DNA from: Aliivibrio fischeri ES114
Lineage (GTDB): Bacteria; Pseudomonadota; Gammaproteobacteria; Enterobacterales; Vibrionaceae
Direction: 5' to 3' (one strand)
Length of the DNA: 32,000 nucleotides
Assembly (NCBI RefSeq): GCF_000011805.1
Contig: NC_006840.2
Position 1 is the stretch's first letter. Every line of letters begins with the position of its first letter. Position numbers and translations under genes: made by a program. Below the pieces are notes generated by a model. The model was not told the origin of the DNA. It was given only the letters and a program-made list of their open reading frames with translations, and did not search any database. Of the stretch, positions 1 through 10,809 are shown piece after piece.

Positions 1-2021
1 TACCGTATGCAAACGGTTCAATCCACTTAGGCCACATGCTTGAGCATATCCAAGCGGATATCTGGGTTCGTTACCAACGTTTACGCGGCAACGACGTTAA
101 CTTTATTTGTGCAGATGATGCTCACGGCACACCAATCATGCTTAAAGCTCAACAGATGGGTATTTCTCCAGAAGAAATGATCGCAGCCGTTAGCGAAGAG
201 CACCAAAAAGATTTCGCTGGCTTTGATATCAGCTTTGATAACTATCACAGCACGCACAGTGATGAAAACCGCGAATTAGCTTCTCACATCTACCTTGAGC
301 TAAAGAAAAACGGCTTTATTACAAGTCGCACAATTTCTCAGCTGTTCGATCCAGAAAAAGAGATGTTCTTACCTGATCGTTTCGTAAAAGGTACTTGTCC
401 TAAATGTAAAGCAGAAGACCAATACGGTGATAACTGCGACAACTGTGGCGAAACATACAGCCCAACAGATTTAATTAATCCAAAATCAGCCGTTTCTGGT
501 GCGACTCCAGTAATGAAAGATTCTGAGCATTTCTTCTTTGACCTGCCTCAGTTTGAAAGCATGCTTAAAGAGTGGACTCGTTCTGGTTCTCTACAATCAG
601 AAACAGCAAACAAGATGCAAGAGTGGTTTGAATCAGGCCTACAACAATGGGATATCTCTCGTGATGCACCATACTTTGGCTTTGAGATCCCAGGCGAAAC
701 GAATAAATTCTTCTACGTTTGGTTAGATGCTCCGATTGGTTATATGGGCTCATTCAAAAACCTATGTAATAAGCGTGACGATTTAAACTTTGATGAATAC
801 TGGAAGAAAGACAGTACAACAGAGCTTTATCACTTCATTGGTAAAGACATTGTTTACTTCCACAGTCTATTCTGGCCTGCAATGCTTGATGGCGCAGGTT
901 TCCGTAAACCAAACAACGTATTCGTTCACGGTTATGTAACGGTTAACGGTGCGAAAATGTCTAAATCTAAAGGCACTTTCATTAAAGCTGGTACTTACTT
1001 AAATCACTTAGATCCTGAGTGTCTACGTTACTACTATGCAGCGAAACTAAACAGCCGTATTGATGATCTTGATTTAAACCTTGAAGATTTCACTCAACGT
1101 GTAAACTCTGATGTAGTTAACAAGATTGTTAACCTAGCTTCACGTAACGCTGGTTTCATTACTAAACGCTTTGATGGCAAACTTGCAGATAACTTTGTAG
1201 AGCCTGAGCTTTACAATGAATTTATTGCGGCTGCAGATCGTATTGCTGAGCTATATGAAACGCGTGAATTTGGTCGTGCTATCCGTGAAATCACAGCACT
1301 AGCTGATAAAGCAAACCAATACATTGATGAGAAAGCACCTTGGGTTCTTGCAAAAGAAGAAGGGAAAGAACAAGAACTACAAGAAGTGTCTTCTGTAGGT
1401 ATTAACTTGTTCCGTGTATTAATGGCTTACTTAAAACCTGTAATGCCAGAGCTTGCAGCTCGTACTGAAGCGTTCTTAAATGAAACACTAACGTGGGAAG
1501 GCGTCGCACAGCCACTAGTTGCTCATGAGATCACTAAGTTTAAAGCATTATTCGCACGTATTGATCCTAAGAAAGTTGAAGCTATGATTGAAGAGTCTAA
1601 AGAAGACGCAGCAATCGAAATGGCAGCAAAAGAAAAGGCAGAAGCGGAAAAAGAAAAAGCAAGTCAAACTGAGCTAGATAAAGATCCAATCGCAGATGAG
1701 ATTGAGTTCGATGCATTCGAAGCGGTTGATATGCGTATTGCTCGTATTATCTCTTGTGAGGAAGTACCAAAGGCAAACAAACTGCTTAAATTCCAACTAG
1801 ACATCGGTGGCGAAACTCGTCAAGTATTCTCTGGTATTAAATCAGCATATAAACCTGAAGAGCTAGAAGGCAAGCTAACTGTTATGGTTGCTAACCTAAA
1901 ACCTCGTAAAATGAAATTTGGTATGTCTGAAGGTATGATCCTAGCTGCAGGCCCTGGTGGTAAAGAGCTTTGGATTTTAGAACCACACGAAGGCGCTCAA
2001 CCTGGTATGCGTGTAATGTAA
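1..2021 (+). CDS. metG: Methionyl-tRNA synthetase, 5'-truncated by the window edge (frame enters at base 3)
   Basis: The frame is open upstream of the listed ATG at 36: bases 3-35 read [11 protein letters not shown], the class-I HIGH motif. It also has the Zn knuckle CPKCK..CDNCG, a KMSKS motif (AKMSKSKG) and a C-terminal Trbp111/EMAP-like tRNA-binding domain. It is near-colinear with E. coli MetG as I remember it. Confidence 0.97.
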   Translation, partial: PYANGSIHLGHMLEHIQADIWVRYQRLRGNDVNFICADDAHGTPIMLKAQQMGISPEEMIAAVSEEHQKDFAGFDISFDNYHSTHSDENRELASHIYLELKKNGFITSRTISQLFDPEKEMFLPDRFVKGTCPKCKAEDQYGDNCDNCGETYSPTDLINPKSAVSGATPVMKDSEHFFFDLPQFESMLKEWTRSGSLQSETANKMQEWFESGLQQWDISRDAPYFGFEIPGETNKFFYVWLDAPIGYMGSFKNLCNKRDDLNFDEYWKKDSTTELYHFIGKDIVYFHSLFWPAMLDGAGFRKPNNVFVHGYVTVNGAKMSKSKGTFIKAGTYLNHLDPECLRYYYAAKLNSRIDDLDLNLEDFTQRVNSDVVNKIVNLASRNAGFITKRFDGKLADNFVEPELYNEFIAAADRIAELYETREFGRAIREITALADKANQYIDEKAPWVLAKEEGKEQELQEVSSVGINLFRVLMAYLKPVMPELAARTEAFLNETLTWEGVAQPLVAHEITKFKALFARIDPKKVEAMIEESKEDAAIEMAAKEKAEAEKEKASQTELDKDPIADEIEFDAFEAVDMRIARIISCEEVPKANKLLKFQLDIGGETRQVFSGIKSAYKPEELEGKLTVMVANLKPRKMKFGMSEGMILAAGPGGKELWILEPHEGAQPGMRVM

Positions 2022-2092
2022 TTCTTCTTTTTAAAAGATAATACCAGTCGTAGTAAATCAATTACTTACTGTGATTGGTATAACTTACAAAC

Positions 2093-2124
2093 AAAAATAG
2101 AGACCAAATGGTCTCTATTTTTTT
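2093..2124. terminator. Bidirectional rho-independent terminator between convergent metG and pyrF
   Basis: The stem is ATAGAGACC(2097-2105)/GGTCTCTAT(2110-2118) with a 4-nt loop. An A-run lies upstream and a T-run (2118-2124) downstream. Confidence 0.85.
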
Positions 2125-2145
2125 ATGTTTTAATAATATTACCCG

Positions 2146-2850
2146 TTATAAAACAGAAGCGAGAGAAAGATTAATCTCATTAAGGACCTGTGATGGATTC
2201 TCCGCTTGTGTAATCGGGCGACCTATAACTAGGTAGTCAGAACCTGCTGTAATCGCATCTACTGGCGTCATAATACGCTTTTGGTCACCAACATCAGCAC
2301 CTGCTGGACGAATTCCTGGTGTTACTAACTGGAACTCTTTACCTAAATCAGCTTTTAGCATTGATGCCTCTTGAGCTGAACATACGACACCATCTAAACC
2401 GCTGTTTTTCGTTAATGCCGCTAAACGTTTTACTTGTTCTTGTGGTGCTATGTCTAGACCAATGCCAGCTAAGTCTTGCTGCTCCATGCTCGTTAACACC
2501 GTCACACCAATTAATAATGGACGGTCACTACCATAAGGTTCTAATATTTCACGCGAGGCACTCATCATACGCTCACCACCACTCGCATGAACGTTAACCA
2601 TCCATACACCCATTTCTGCTGCCGCTCTTACCGCTTTTGAACAGGTATTTGGAATATCATGAAACTTTAAATCTAGAAAAACAGAAAAACCACGTTTATG
2701 AAGTTCTTTAACAAACTCAGGCCCAAATAAAGTAAACATCTCTTTGCCTACTTTTAAACGACATGAACTTGGATCAATTTTATCAACAAACGTTAACGCA
2801 TCTGCTTGATTATCATAATCCAGTGCCACGATCACCTTTTGGTCTTTCAT
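2146..2850 (-). CDS. pyrF: Orotidine-5'-phosphate decarboxylase
   Basis: 233 aa with the motifs [15 protein letters not shown] and VIGRPI. GGAGAG Shine-Dalgarno (SD) sequence upstream of the ATG. Confidence 0.95.
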   Translation of the reverse strand: MKDQKVIVALDYDNQADALTFVDKIDPSSCRLKVGKEMFTLFGPEFVKELHKRGFSVFLDLKFHDIPNTCSKAVRAAAEMGVWMVNVHASGGERMMSASREILEPYGSDRPLLIGVTVLTSMEQQDLAGIGLDIAPQEQVKRLAALTKNSGLDGVVCSAQEASMLKADLGKEFQLVTPGIRPAGADVGDQKRIMTPVDAITAGSDYLVIGRPITQAENPSQVLNEINLSLASVL

Positions 2851-2930
2851 TTTCTCTCCTTTAAAAATTTATACCAATCCCATCAATTCATCATGAGGAT
2901 TAGTCGTACTCACGGTCTTTTCTTACATTC

Positions 2931-2958
2931 AAAAAAAGAGGCACTCAGAGCGCCTCTT
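2931..2958 (-). terminator. Rho-independent terminator 3 nt after the lapB stop
   Basis: The minus strand reads AAGAGGC-gctctgagt-GCCTCTT followed by seven T's. Confidence 0.8.
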
Positions 2959-2961
2959 CAA

Positions 2962-4131
2962 TTATTCACCATCTAAACCTCTAATAGGCTTAATCACTCC
3001 CCATCCTTTACAAGATGGACATTGCCAAAACAATCGATGAGCAGAGAAACCACACTTACTGCAGCGGTAATTAGGTTTCATTTTCAATTGCTCGCCTACT
3101 AGGGTTTGCAAACTAGTTAAACTTGCTTTCGCCCTACCATCTTCAGCTTCATCGGTATGGTAGCCCATGAGACGATAGAAGCCTTTCATTGTCGGATTCT
3201 TAAGAAGCTGTTTAGTCATATACCCTTGAGCTAAAGCGACACCTTCGTGCTTGGCAATCAAATTTGAAAGCATCAATTCAGCACTAGCACCTGCTCCTTT
3301 TGAAATCGCTTCTTTTAAAAATTGAAGTAATGCGCCTTCTCTGTCTAGTTTTTCATAACATTCAGCAAGCAATGGTAATGCTTCACTGACAAAATCAATG
3401 TCTTGATCCAGTACTGACTCAAGGTGAGCAAGAGCACTTTTATAATTCTCTTCCTCCATAAGAAGTTTCGCCATCATAATAGAGGCTCGTACACATTGAT
3501 TATCAGAAGATAAGGCTTTTTTAAGATTCTGTTTTGCTTTATTCAAATTCTCATCTGCAAGCTCTTGCATCGCGAGTTCACAGTAATAGTGAGCAATATC
3601 AAGCTTGAGTTTTTTACGCCCCATACGAACCAAACTATTCGCAAATTGAATCGCTTGCTCCCACTCTCGAGTCTGTTGATGAATAGCAACTAATTGCAGT
3701 AAAGCGGCTTCTCTGTGATCAGGCTCTTCAAGCAGCTGCTCAAATATTTTTTCAGCACGATCAAGAATACCTGAGACCATATAATCTTTTGCTAACTGCT
3801 GTAAGGCTATATTTCGTTGGTCTATCGTAAGGTTCGGACGTGCGATGAGGTTTTGATGAATTTTGATGGCGCGATCGACTTCACCTCTTCGTCTAAAAAG
3901 GTTACCTAATGCAAGGTGGGTGTCTATGGTATCGCTATCTACTTGAAGTAATTCTATGAAATGATCGACTGCTTTATCTGATTGATCAGACAGCAATAGA
4001 TTCAAACCCGCCACGTATTGACGTGACAGGTGATTTGTTTCTTTTTGGCGTTGTTGACTCGCACTCCTATTACCCATATACCAGCCATAACCGGCAGCAA
4101 TAGGTAATAATAGGAATAGCAGTTCTAACAT
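2962..4131 (-). CDS. lapB: LPS assembly / heat-shock protein LapB (YciM): N-terminal TM helix, TPR repeats, C-terminal rubredoxin-like zinc finger
   Basis: Hydrophobic N-terminus MLELLFLLLPIAAGYGWY, repeated TPR-like helices, and C-terminal CSKCG...CPSCKGW. Sits directly downstream of lapA and upstream of pyrF, as in E. coli yciS-yciM-pyrF. Confidence 0.9.
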   Translation of the reverse strand: MLELLFLLLPIAAGYGWYMGNRSASQQRQKETNHLSRQYVAGLNLLLSDQSDKAVDHFIELLQVDSDTIDTHLALGNLFRRRGEVDRAIKIHQNLIARPNLTIDQRNIALQQLAKDYMVSGILDRAEKIFEQLLEEPDHREAALLQLVAIHQQTREWEQAIQFANSLVRMGRKKLKLDIAHYYCELAMQELADENLNKAKQNLKKALSSDNQCVRASIMMAKLLMEEENYKSALAHLESVLDQDIDFVSEALPLLAECYEKLDREGALLQFLKEAISKGAGASAELMLSNLIAKHEGVALAQGYMTKQLLKNPTMKGFYRLMGYHTDEAEDGRAKASLTSLQTLVGEQLKMKPNYRCSKCGFSAHRLFWQCPSCKGWGVIKPIRGLDGE

Positions 4132-4138
4132 TCAGTCA

Positions 4139-4405
4139 CTACCCTTTCGTTGACTCAATTCGCAACTTATCAAGCTCAGCCGTTTTTTTATCTAAGCGTT
4201 TGCGAAGGCGGCGTTGAGTCATGCTCGCTTTTAGATACATGCTGCCACAAATTAACCAGCCTAAACCAAAGCCAGTTGCAAAGAAAATACCCAATAATGT
4301 GGACAGTTGAAAATCACCTTGAGCTAACAGGTAATTAAAATTAACAATAGCTTGATTCTGTGCACCAATAGCCAGTGAGATCAAAAATAAAAGAGGTCTT
4401 GCCAT
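4139..4405 (-). CDS. lapA: LPS assembly protein LapA (YciS), small two-TM inner-membrane protein
   Basis: 88 aa. The GAQN..V.FNYLLAQG....STLL block matches E. coli LapA from memory. There is a 7-nt gap to lapB. An in-frame TAA five codons upstream fixes the start at ATG 4405. The N-terminus is shorter than in E. coli. Confidence 0.8.
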   Translation of the reverse strand: MARPLLFLISLAIGAQNQAIVNFNYLLAQGDFQLSTLLGIFFATGFGLGWLICGSMYLKASMTQRRLRKRLDKKTAELDKLRIESTKG

Positions 4406-4510
4406 CGGTCCCGAGTATTATCTAGATGGAATTACCTCCAGTTAATTGAGTATCTAAAAGTTTTATTTTACAGCTCTAAAGATACACCTAAATGCATTGA
4501 AAATGAACAT

Positions 4511-4545
4511 AAAAAAACGGCATACTCAAAAGTATGCCGTTTTTG
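4511..4545 (-). terminator. Rho-independent terminator of ihfB
   Basis: The minus strand reads AACGGCATAC-ttttga-GTATGCCGTT followed by TTTTT. It is hairpin-symmetric, with an A-run on the plus side. Confidence 0.9.
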
Positions 4546-4559
4546 TATGCCAATTAGCA

Positions 4560-4841
4560 TTAGCTATAATTCACACGTTCACGCAGTTCTTTACCTGGTT
4601 TAAAGTGTGGAACGAACTTACCGTCCAGCTCTACCTTATCACCAGTTTTAGGATTACGACCTAAACGTGGCTCTCGATAGTGTAGAGAAAAACTACCAAA
4701 ACCACGAATCTCTATACGATCACCGCCTTCTAGCGTTGTTGCCATCTGCTCAAGGATTTCCTTGACTGTATCTTCCACCTGCTTAGCAGAAAGTTGAGGC
4801 TTTTTACTACACAGTTGTTCAATCAGTTCAGATTTTGTCAT
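4560..4841 (-). CDS. ihfB: Integration host factor beta subunit
   Basis: 93 aa HU/IHF fold: MTKSELIE..., [17 protein letters not shown]. Confidence 0.96.
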   Translation of the reverse strand: MTKSELIEQLCSKKPQLSAKQVEDTVKEILEQMATTLEGGDRIEIRGFGSFSLHYREPRLGRNPKTGDKVELDGKFVPHFKPGKELRERVNYS

Positions 4842-4861
4842 AAATGACCTCTCTTACGTTA

Positions 4862-4890
4862 TCGAAAGAAAAGGGAGCAATGTTGCTCCC
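4862..4890 (-). terminator. Hairpin plus T-rich tract between rpsA and ihfB (probably a leaky terminator/attenuator)
   Basis: The minus strand reads GGGAGC-aacatt-GCTCCC followed by TTTTCTTTC, starting 12 nt after the rpsA stop. The ihfB ATG lies only about 20 nt beyond the T-tract. Confidence 0.6.
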
Positions 4891-4901
4891 TTCTAATTTA
4901 C

Positions 4902-6575
4902 TTATTCGCCTTTAGCTGCTTTGAAAGCGTCAGCCATTGCGTTACCGAAACCACCGTCTTCAGACTTAGTGTTCAGTGAAGCCATTGCTTCTTGCTCGTC
5001 AGCTTCATCTTTAGCTTTGATAGATAGGTTAACTACGCGGTTCTTACGGTCTACACCAGTGAACTTCGCTTCAACGCTATCGCCAACGCTTAGGATTAGA
5101 GATGCATCTTCAACACGGTCACGAGATAGCTCAGAAGTACGGATGTAACCTTCTACGCTGTCTGCAAGAGTGATTGTAGCGCCTTTAGCGTCAACAGCTG
5201 AAACAGTACCGTTTACTAGAGTACCTTTCTTGTTGTCTGCTAGGTAGTTGTTAAATGGGTCTTCTTCCATTTGTTTAACACCTAGAGAAATACGCTCACG
5301 CTCTGCATCTACTGCTAGAACAACAGCAGAGATTTCGTCGCCTTTCTTGTACTCACGTACCGCGTCTTCACCTGTAGCATTCCAAGAAATGTCAGATAGG
5401 TGAACTAGACCGTCGATGCCGCCGTCAAGACCGATGAAGATACCAAAGTCAGTGATAGATTTGATCTTACCAGTAACTTTGTCGCCTTTAGCTTGCGCTT
5501 CAGCGAATGTCTGCCATGGGTTAGCTTTACATTGTTTTAGACCTAGAGAGATACGACGACGTTCTTCGTCAATCTCAAGAACCATAACCTCAACTTCGTC
5601 GCCTACATTAACAACTTTAGAAGGGTGGATGTTCTTGTTAGTCCAATCCATTTCAGAAACGTGTACTAGACCTTCAACGCCTTCTTCGATTTCAACGAAG
5701 CAGCCGTAGTCAGTTAGGTTAGTAACACGACCAGAAAGCTTGTGACCTTCTGGGTAACGCTTAGCGATAGCTACCCATGGATCTTCGCCTAGTTGCTTAA
5801 GACCTAGAGAAACACGAGTGCGCTCACGATCGAACTTAAGAACTTTAACGTTGATCTCGTCACCAACATTTACGATCTCAGATGGGTGTTTAACACGTTT
5901 CCAAGCCATATCTGTGATGTGTAGTAGACCGTCTACGCCACCTAGGTCAACGAATGCACCGTAGTCAGTAAGGTTCTTAACGATACCTTTAACTTCCATG
6001 CCTTCTTGTAGAGAAGCAAGTAGCTCATCACGTTCAACACTGTTTTCAGATTCGATAACAGCACGACGTGAAACAACAACGTTGTTACGTTTTTGGTCAA
6101 GCTTGATTACTTTGAACTCTAGCTCTTTGCCTTCAAGGTGAAGAGTGTCACGTACTGGACGTACATCAACAAGAGAACCAGGTAGGAATGCACGGATACC
6201 GTTAAGTTCAACTGTGAAGCCGCCTTTAACTTTACCGTTGATAACACCCATAACTGTTTCAGCATCTTCGTATGCTTTTTCAAGTTGGATCCACGCTTCG
6301 TGACGCTTCGCTTTCTCACGAGAAAGTTGAGTTTCACCGAAACCGTCTTCAACAGCGTCAAGAGCAACGTCTACTTCAGAACCAACTTCAACTTCAAGTT
6401 CGCCAGCAGCGTTCTTGAATTGTTCAGCTGGGATAGCTGCTTCAGACTTAAGGCCAGCGTCAACAAGAACGAAACCGTTCTCGATAGCTACTACAGTACC
6501 TTTAACGATGCTGCCTTGTTGGAATTCAGTTTCATTTAGAAACTCTTCAAAGAGTTGAGCAAAAGATTCAGTCAT
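4902..6575 (-). CDS. rpsA: 30S ribosomal protein S1 (six S1 domains)
   Basis: 557 aa. Starts [11 protein letters not shown] and contains repeated S1 motifs (G.V....G.FV.L). Essentially colinear with E. coli RpsA. Confidence 0.98.
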   Translation of the reverse strand: MTESFAQLFEEFLNETEFQQGSIVKGTVVAIENGFVLVDAGLKSEAAIPAEQFKNAAGELEVEVGSEVDVALDAVEDGFGETQLSREKAKRHEAWIQLEKAYEDAETVMGVINGKVKGGFTVELNGIRAFLPGSLVDVRPVRDTLHLEGKELEFKVIKLDQKRNNVVVSRRAVIESENSVERDELLASLQEGMEVKGIVKNLTDYGAFVDLGGVDGLLHITDMAWKRVKHPSEIVNVGDEINVKVLKFDRERTRVSLGLKQLGEDPWVAIAKRYPEGHKLSGRVTNLTDYGCFVEIEEGVEGLVHVSEMDWTNKNIHPSKVVNVGDEVEVMVLEIDEERRRISLGLKQCKANPWQTFAEAQAKGDKVTGKIKSITDFGIFIGLDGGIDGLVHLSDISWNATGEDAVREYKKGDEISAVVLAVDAERERISLGVKQMEEDPFNNYLADNKKGTLVNGTVSAVDAKGATITLADSVEGYIRTSELSRDRVEDASLILSVGDSVEAKFTGVDRKNRVVNLSIKAKDEADEQEAMASLNTKSEDGGFGNAMADAFKAAKGE

Positions 6576-6662
6576 TATTTGATCTTCAAATTTAAACGTC
6601 CATGGGTATCCTACCGCATGGGGTTGATAGTAAGGTTAGTTATCATCCTTGCAACTAACTAA
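6576..6662 (-). promoter_or_regulatory. rpsA 5' leader with a gammaproteobacterial-type autoregulatory fold
   Basis: Read on the minus strand. Hairpin I (6659..6635) is GTTAGTT-gcaaGGAtgat-AACTAAC. Hairpin II (6621..6600) is CCATG-c-GGTA-GGA-TACC-CATGG. Both hairpins carry GGA in the apical loop and are separated by A/U-rich spacers. Only a vestigial SD (GAAGA) precedes the ATG. A third weak AAGAT/ATCTT pairing brackets the AUG. Confidence 0.6.
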
Positions 6663-6670
6663 GTTTAATA

Positions 6671-7345
6671 TTATAGCTTAGATTCAATAAAAGTAATGGC
6701 TTGCGCGACAACTTCATCAATATTCATTGACGTTGAATCTAAAACTAAAGCGTCTTCCGCAGGACGTAATGGTGCGACAGCGCGATTGCGGTCTCGATCA
6801 TCACGTTCTTGAATTTCGCTTAAAAGACGGTCAAATTTAACATCTAACCCCTTCTGTTGCAACTGCTTCATTCGGCGATTCGCACGTTCTTCAGCACTTG
6901 CATCTAAAAATATCTTAACTTCAGCGTTAGGGAACACAACCGTTCCCATATCTCGACCATCAGCAATCAAGCCAGGTTGAGCAGAAAATGCACGCTGACG
7001 ACGTAATAACGCTTCGCGAACTTGAGGTAACGCAGCAACTTTCGATGCAGCCATACCGGTTTCTTCTTTACGAAGTTCTGCAGATACGTCTTCACCTTCA
7101 AGGATTACTTTAACCAATTCACCTTCAGCTTTGAATTGCACATCCAAATTAGCAGCTAAAGGAACAAGTGCATCTTCTGAATTAAGATCAACACCATGGT
7201 GAATAGCAGCCAATGCTAACACTCGGTAAATAGCGCCAGAGTCTAATAAATTATAACCTAGCTTTTCTGCAAGTAACATGCACAGCGTGCCTTTACCTGC
7301 TCCACTTGGACCATCAACAGTAACGACTGGTGAATGAGTAGTCAT
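6671..7345 (-). CDS. cmk: Cytidylate kinase
   Basis: P-loop [10 protein letters not shown]. The ORF-track start at 7357 is a TTG sitting inside the SD (aTTGGAGAActcc). The ATG at 7345 (MTTHSPV...) lies 7 nt after GGAG, so I take it as the start (224 aa). Confidence 0.93.
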
Positions 7346-7435
7346 GGAGTTCTCCAATTAATTATTGTGATTGGTTTCTACGGGCAGCATTATACCCAAG
7401 TAAGATTATTTATATACTCTTGATTATGAAAAACT

Positions 7436-7466
7436 AAAAAAGCTCTGAATTTTGATACAGAGCTTT
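7436..7466 (-). terminator. Rho-independent terminator of aroA
   Basis: The minus strand reads AAAGCTCTG-tatcaaaatt-CAGAGCTTT followed by TTTTT. Confidence 0.8.
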
Positions 7467-7503
7467 CATTGCATAGTAAGGTAATAATTTAAAATACAAT
7501 AAA

Positions 7504-8784
7504 TTAGCAGCTTAATTCTTTTAATTTATCAAAATAATCAGGGAATGTTTTCGATGTACAACCTGGATCATTAATCGTTACAGGAGTATCACTCAATGCA
7601 ACTAAAGAAAAACACATCGCCATGCGGTGGTCATCATAAGTGTCAATCGATGCATGCTGTAATGAAGCAGGCGGTGTAATTGTAATATAATCTTCCCCTT
7701 CCTCCACTACTGCACCCACTTTTCTTAACTCGGTTGCCATCGCAGCCAAACGATCAGTTTCTTTTACACGCCAATTGTATACGTTACGAATCGAGGTCGT
7801 TCCTTTTGCAAATAATGCAGCGGTTGCTATTGTCATTGCAGCATCAGGAATATGGTTGAAATCCATATCAATGGCATTAAGTTCACCTTTACGAGCGATA
7901 ACATAATCATCGCCCCATTCAATTTCAGTCCCCATTGCAGCTAATGCATCTGCAAATTGAACATCGCCTTGAATACTCTTTTTACCAATACCCGTTACTT
8001 TTACTTCTCCGCCCTTAATTGCAGCGGCAGCAAGAAAATATGATGCCGATGAAGCATCACCTTCTACAAGAAAATCCCCAGGAGCTACATAAGTTTGATT
8101 CGCAGGAACGACAAACGTTTGATAGTTCTGATTCTCAATTTTTACACCAAATGTTGCCATAATATCTAATGTGATATCAATGTATGGTTTTGATACTAAA
8201 TCACCAACAATCTTAATCGTTGTTTCTTGTGTAGATAATGGCGCTGCCATTAAAAATGCAGTAAGAAATTGGCTAGAGATCGAGCCATCAATTTCCACTG
8301 TTCCACCATGTAGGCCAGTACCTTTAATTTTCAGCGGTGGATAATTTTCATTTTCTAAATATTCTACATCTGCTCCAGCAGCTTTAAGAGCGGTTACAAG
8401 GTGACCGATTGGACGCTCTTTCATGCGAGGTTCGCCTGTTAGAACAAACTCACCTTGGCCTAAACATAGTGCCGCAGCCAATGGGCGCATCGCCGTTCCA
8501 GCATTACCTAAAAAAAGCTCTAATGCTTCATTAGGTTCAAACGCTCGTCCTAATCCTGTTACTTCACATTCTGTTTTATTTGCTGATAATTTATATTCAA
8601 CGCCCAATGCTTTAAGTGCATTCAACATATGACGAATATCATCGCTATCTAGTAGATTCGTTAATTTTGTAGTTCCTGAAGCTAATGCAGCTAAAAGTAG
8701 CGCTCGGTTAGATACACTTTTTGAACCAGGCAAATTGATTTGCCCATTAATTTTTGAGATAGGTTGAAGAGTTAAGCTTTCCAT
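7504..8784 (-). CDS. aroA: 3-phosphoshikimate 1-carboxyvinyltransferase (EPSP synthase)
   Basis: From MESLTLQPI... onward it matches the E. coli AroA N-terminus and is colinear throughout ([39 protein letters not shown]). The ORF-track start at 8808 adds 8 unsupported codons. Corrected length is 426 aa. Confidence 0.95.
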   Translation of the reverse strand: MESLTLQPISKINGQINLPGSKSVSNRALLLAALASGTTKLTNLLDSDDIRHMLNALKALGVEYKLSANKTECEVTGLGRAFEPNEALELFLGNAGTAMRPLAAALCLGQGEFVLTGEPRMKERPIGHLVTALKAAGADVEYLENENYPPLKIKGTGLHGGTVEIDGSISSQFLTAFLMAAPLSTQETTIKIVGDLVSKPYIDITLDIMATFGVKIENQNYQTFVVPANQTYVAPGDFLVEGDASSASYFLAAAAIKGGEVKVTGIGKKSIQGDVQFADALAAMGTEIEWGDDYVIARKGELNAIDMDFNHIPDAAMTIATAALFAKGTTSIRNVYNWRVKETDRLAAMATELRKVGAVVEEGEDYITITPPASLQHASIDTYDDHRMAMCFSLVALSDTPVTINDPGCTSKTFPDYFDKLKELSC

Positions 8785-8970
8785 GTTTGCGTAAAAATTC
8801 CTGTACAAATAAATAATAATGTCATGATCAATATTTCATGACTGCTTCAGCTTTAATTGTTATTTTTTGTTATTCTTCAATACTTTCAGAGTAACGAAAA
8901 CCAACGCGATGTGCCAGAGGCAATATCGTCTCTTTGACCTAAAAATAATGAATAGTGATTTCTTTTATCT

Positions 8971-9686
8971 ATGACTATCTACTTACCTGAGCTTATTCCA
9001 TCTCATTCGACAGTTTTTCCTGATATAGAGAACGCATTAAATAACCCAGATGGATTACTCATTATGGGAGGGGACTTATCTTCCAAACAACTAATTAGTG
9101 CATATCAACACGGTATTTTCCCTTGGTACAGTAATGGAGATCCTATACTTTGGTGGAGTCCAAGCGTTCGAGGCGTTTTTTTCCCTGAGCAATTTTCACC
9201 ATCTAAAAGCTTAAAAAAGTTCTTCAGAAAATCGAACTACAACGTAACCCTTAATAAAGCCACTTACCAAGTTATTGACCTCTGTGCATCTACCAGACCA
9301 AAAGAAGAAACATGGATCATGCCAGAAATGATCAATGCCTATAAGAAACTGGCTAATCTTGGCTATTGTCACTCTGTTGAGGTATGGAATGAGGATGAAT
9401 TAATTGGTGGTTTATATGGATTACAAATCGGTCAAATTTTTTGTGGTGAGTCTATGTTTTCATTGCAAACAAACGCATCCAAAATTGCATTATGGAAATT
9501 TTGCGAACATTTTGTATCATTCAATGGAAAGCTTATTGACTGCCAAATGATGAATCCTCATTTAGAGAGTCTTGGGGCCAAAGAAATGAAACGCTGTGAT
9601 TTCAAAACATTACTTGAAGAACTCAGCACTAAATCAACAATAGCAAACTGTTACTTACCTCAAATATTAGGGGATAATTCACTTTC

Positions 9687-9690
<4 letters not shown>
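8971..9690 (+). CDS. aat: Leucyl/phenylalanyl-tRNA--protein transferase
   Basis: 239 aa with the L/F-transferase motifs GGDLS...L..AY..GIFPW, WWSP..R and GESMF. Confidence 0.9.
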
Positions 9691-10687
<997 letters not shown>

Positions 10688-10736
10688 TTTGTCATTCTAT
10701 TAGTTTAACGCTTTAAACTAATAAAAAAACAATAAC

Positions 10737-10764
10737 AAAAACCCAGTCAATGACTGGGTTTTTT
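10737..10764. terminator. Bidirectional rho-independent terminator between convergent infA and clpA
   Basis: ACCCAGTC-aat-GACTGGGT flanked by AAAA upstream and TTTTTT downstream. Confidence 0.85.
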
Positions 10765-10809
10765 ATTAGCTTTCAAAACAAACTAGCTGACAGCAATAGA
10801 ATTGGTTTA

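Noticed and set aside
4406-4440. A perfect GGAGG 29 nt upstream of the lapA ATG, suggesting a longer LapA or a tiny upstream ORF
   Set aside because: An in-frame TAA lies five codons upstream of ATG 4405 and closes the lapA frame. No ATG, GTG or TTG sits 4-10 nt after the GGAGG in any frame. I treat it as coincidental.
4921-6539. ORFs 4921-5148(+), 5416-5709(+), 6119-6367(-) and 6285-6539(+) inside rpsA
   Set aside because: They are antisense or off-frame shadows within one of the most conserved genes in bacteria. Their compositions are Ser/Thr/Arg-rich and low-complexity, and they have no SD.
10699-10722. A 10-bp all-A/T palindrome, ATTAGTTTAA-cgct-TTAAACTAAT, just after infA
   Set aside because: It has no T-run on the side where either convergent transcript would need one, and its A/T-only pairing has low stability. 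The adjacent GC-containing hairpin at 10741-10759 is the credible terminator.
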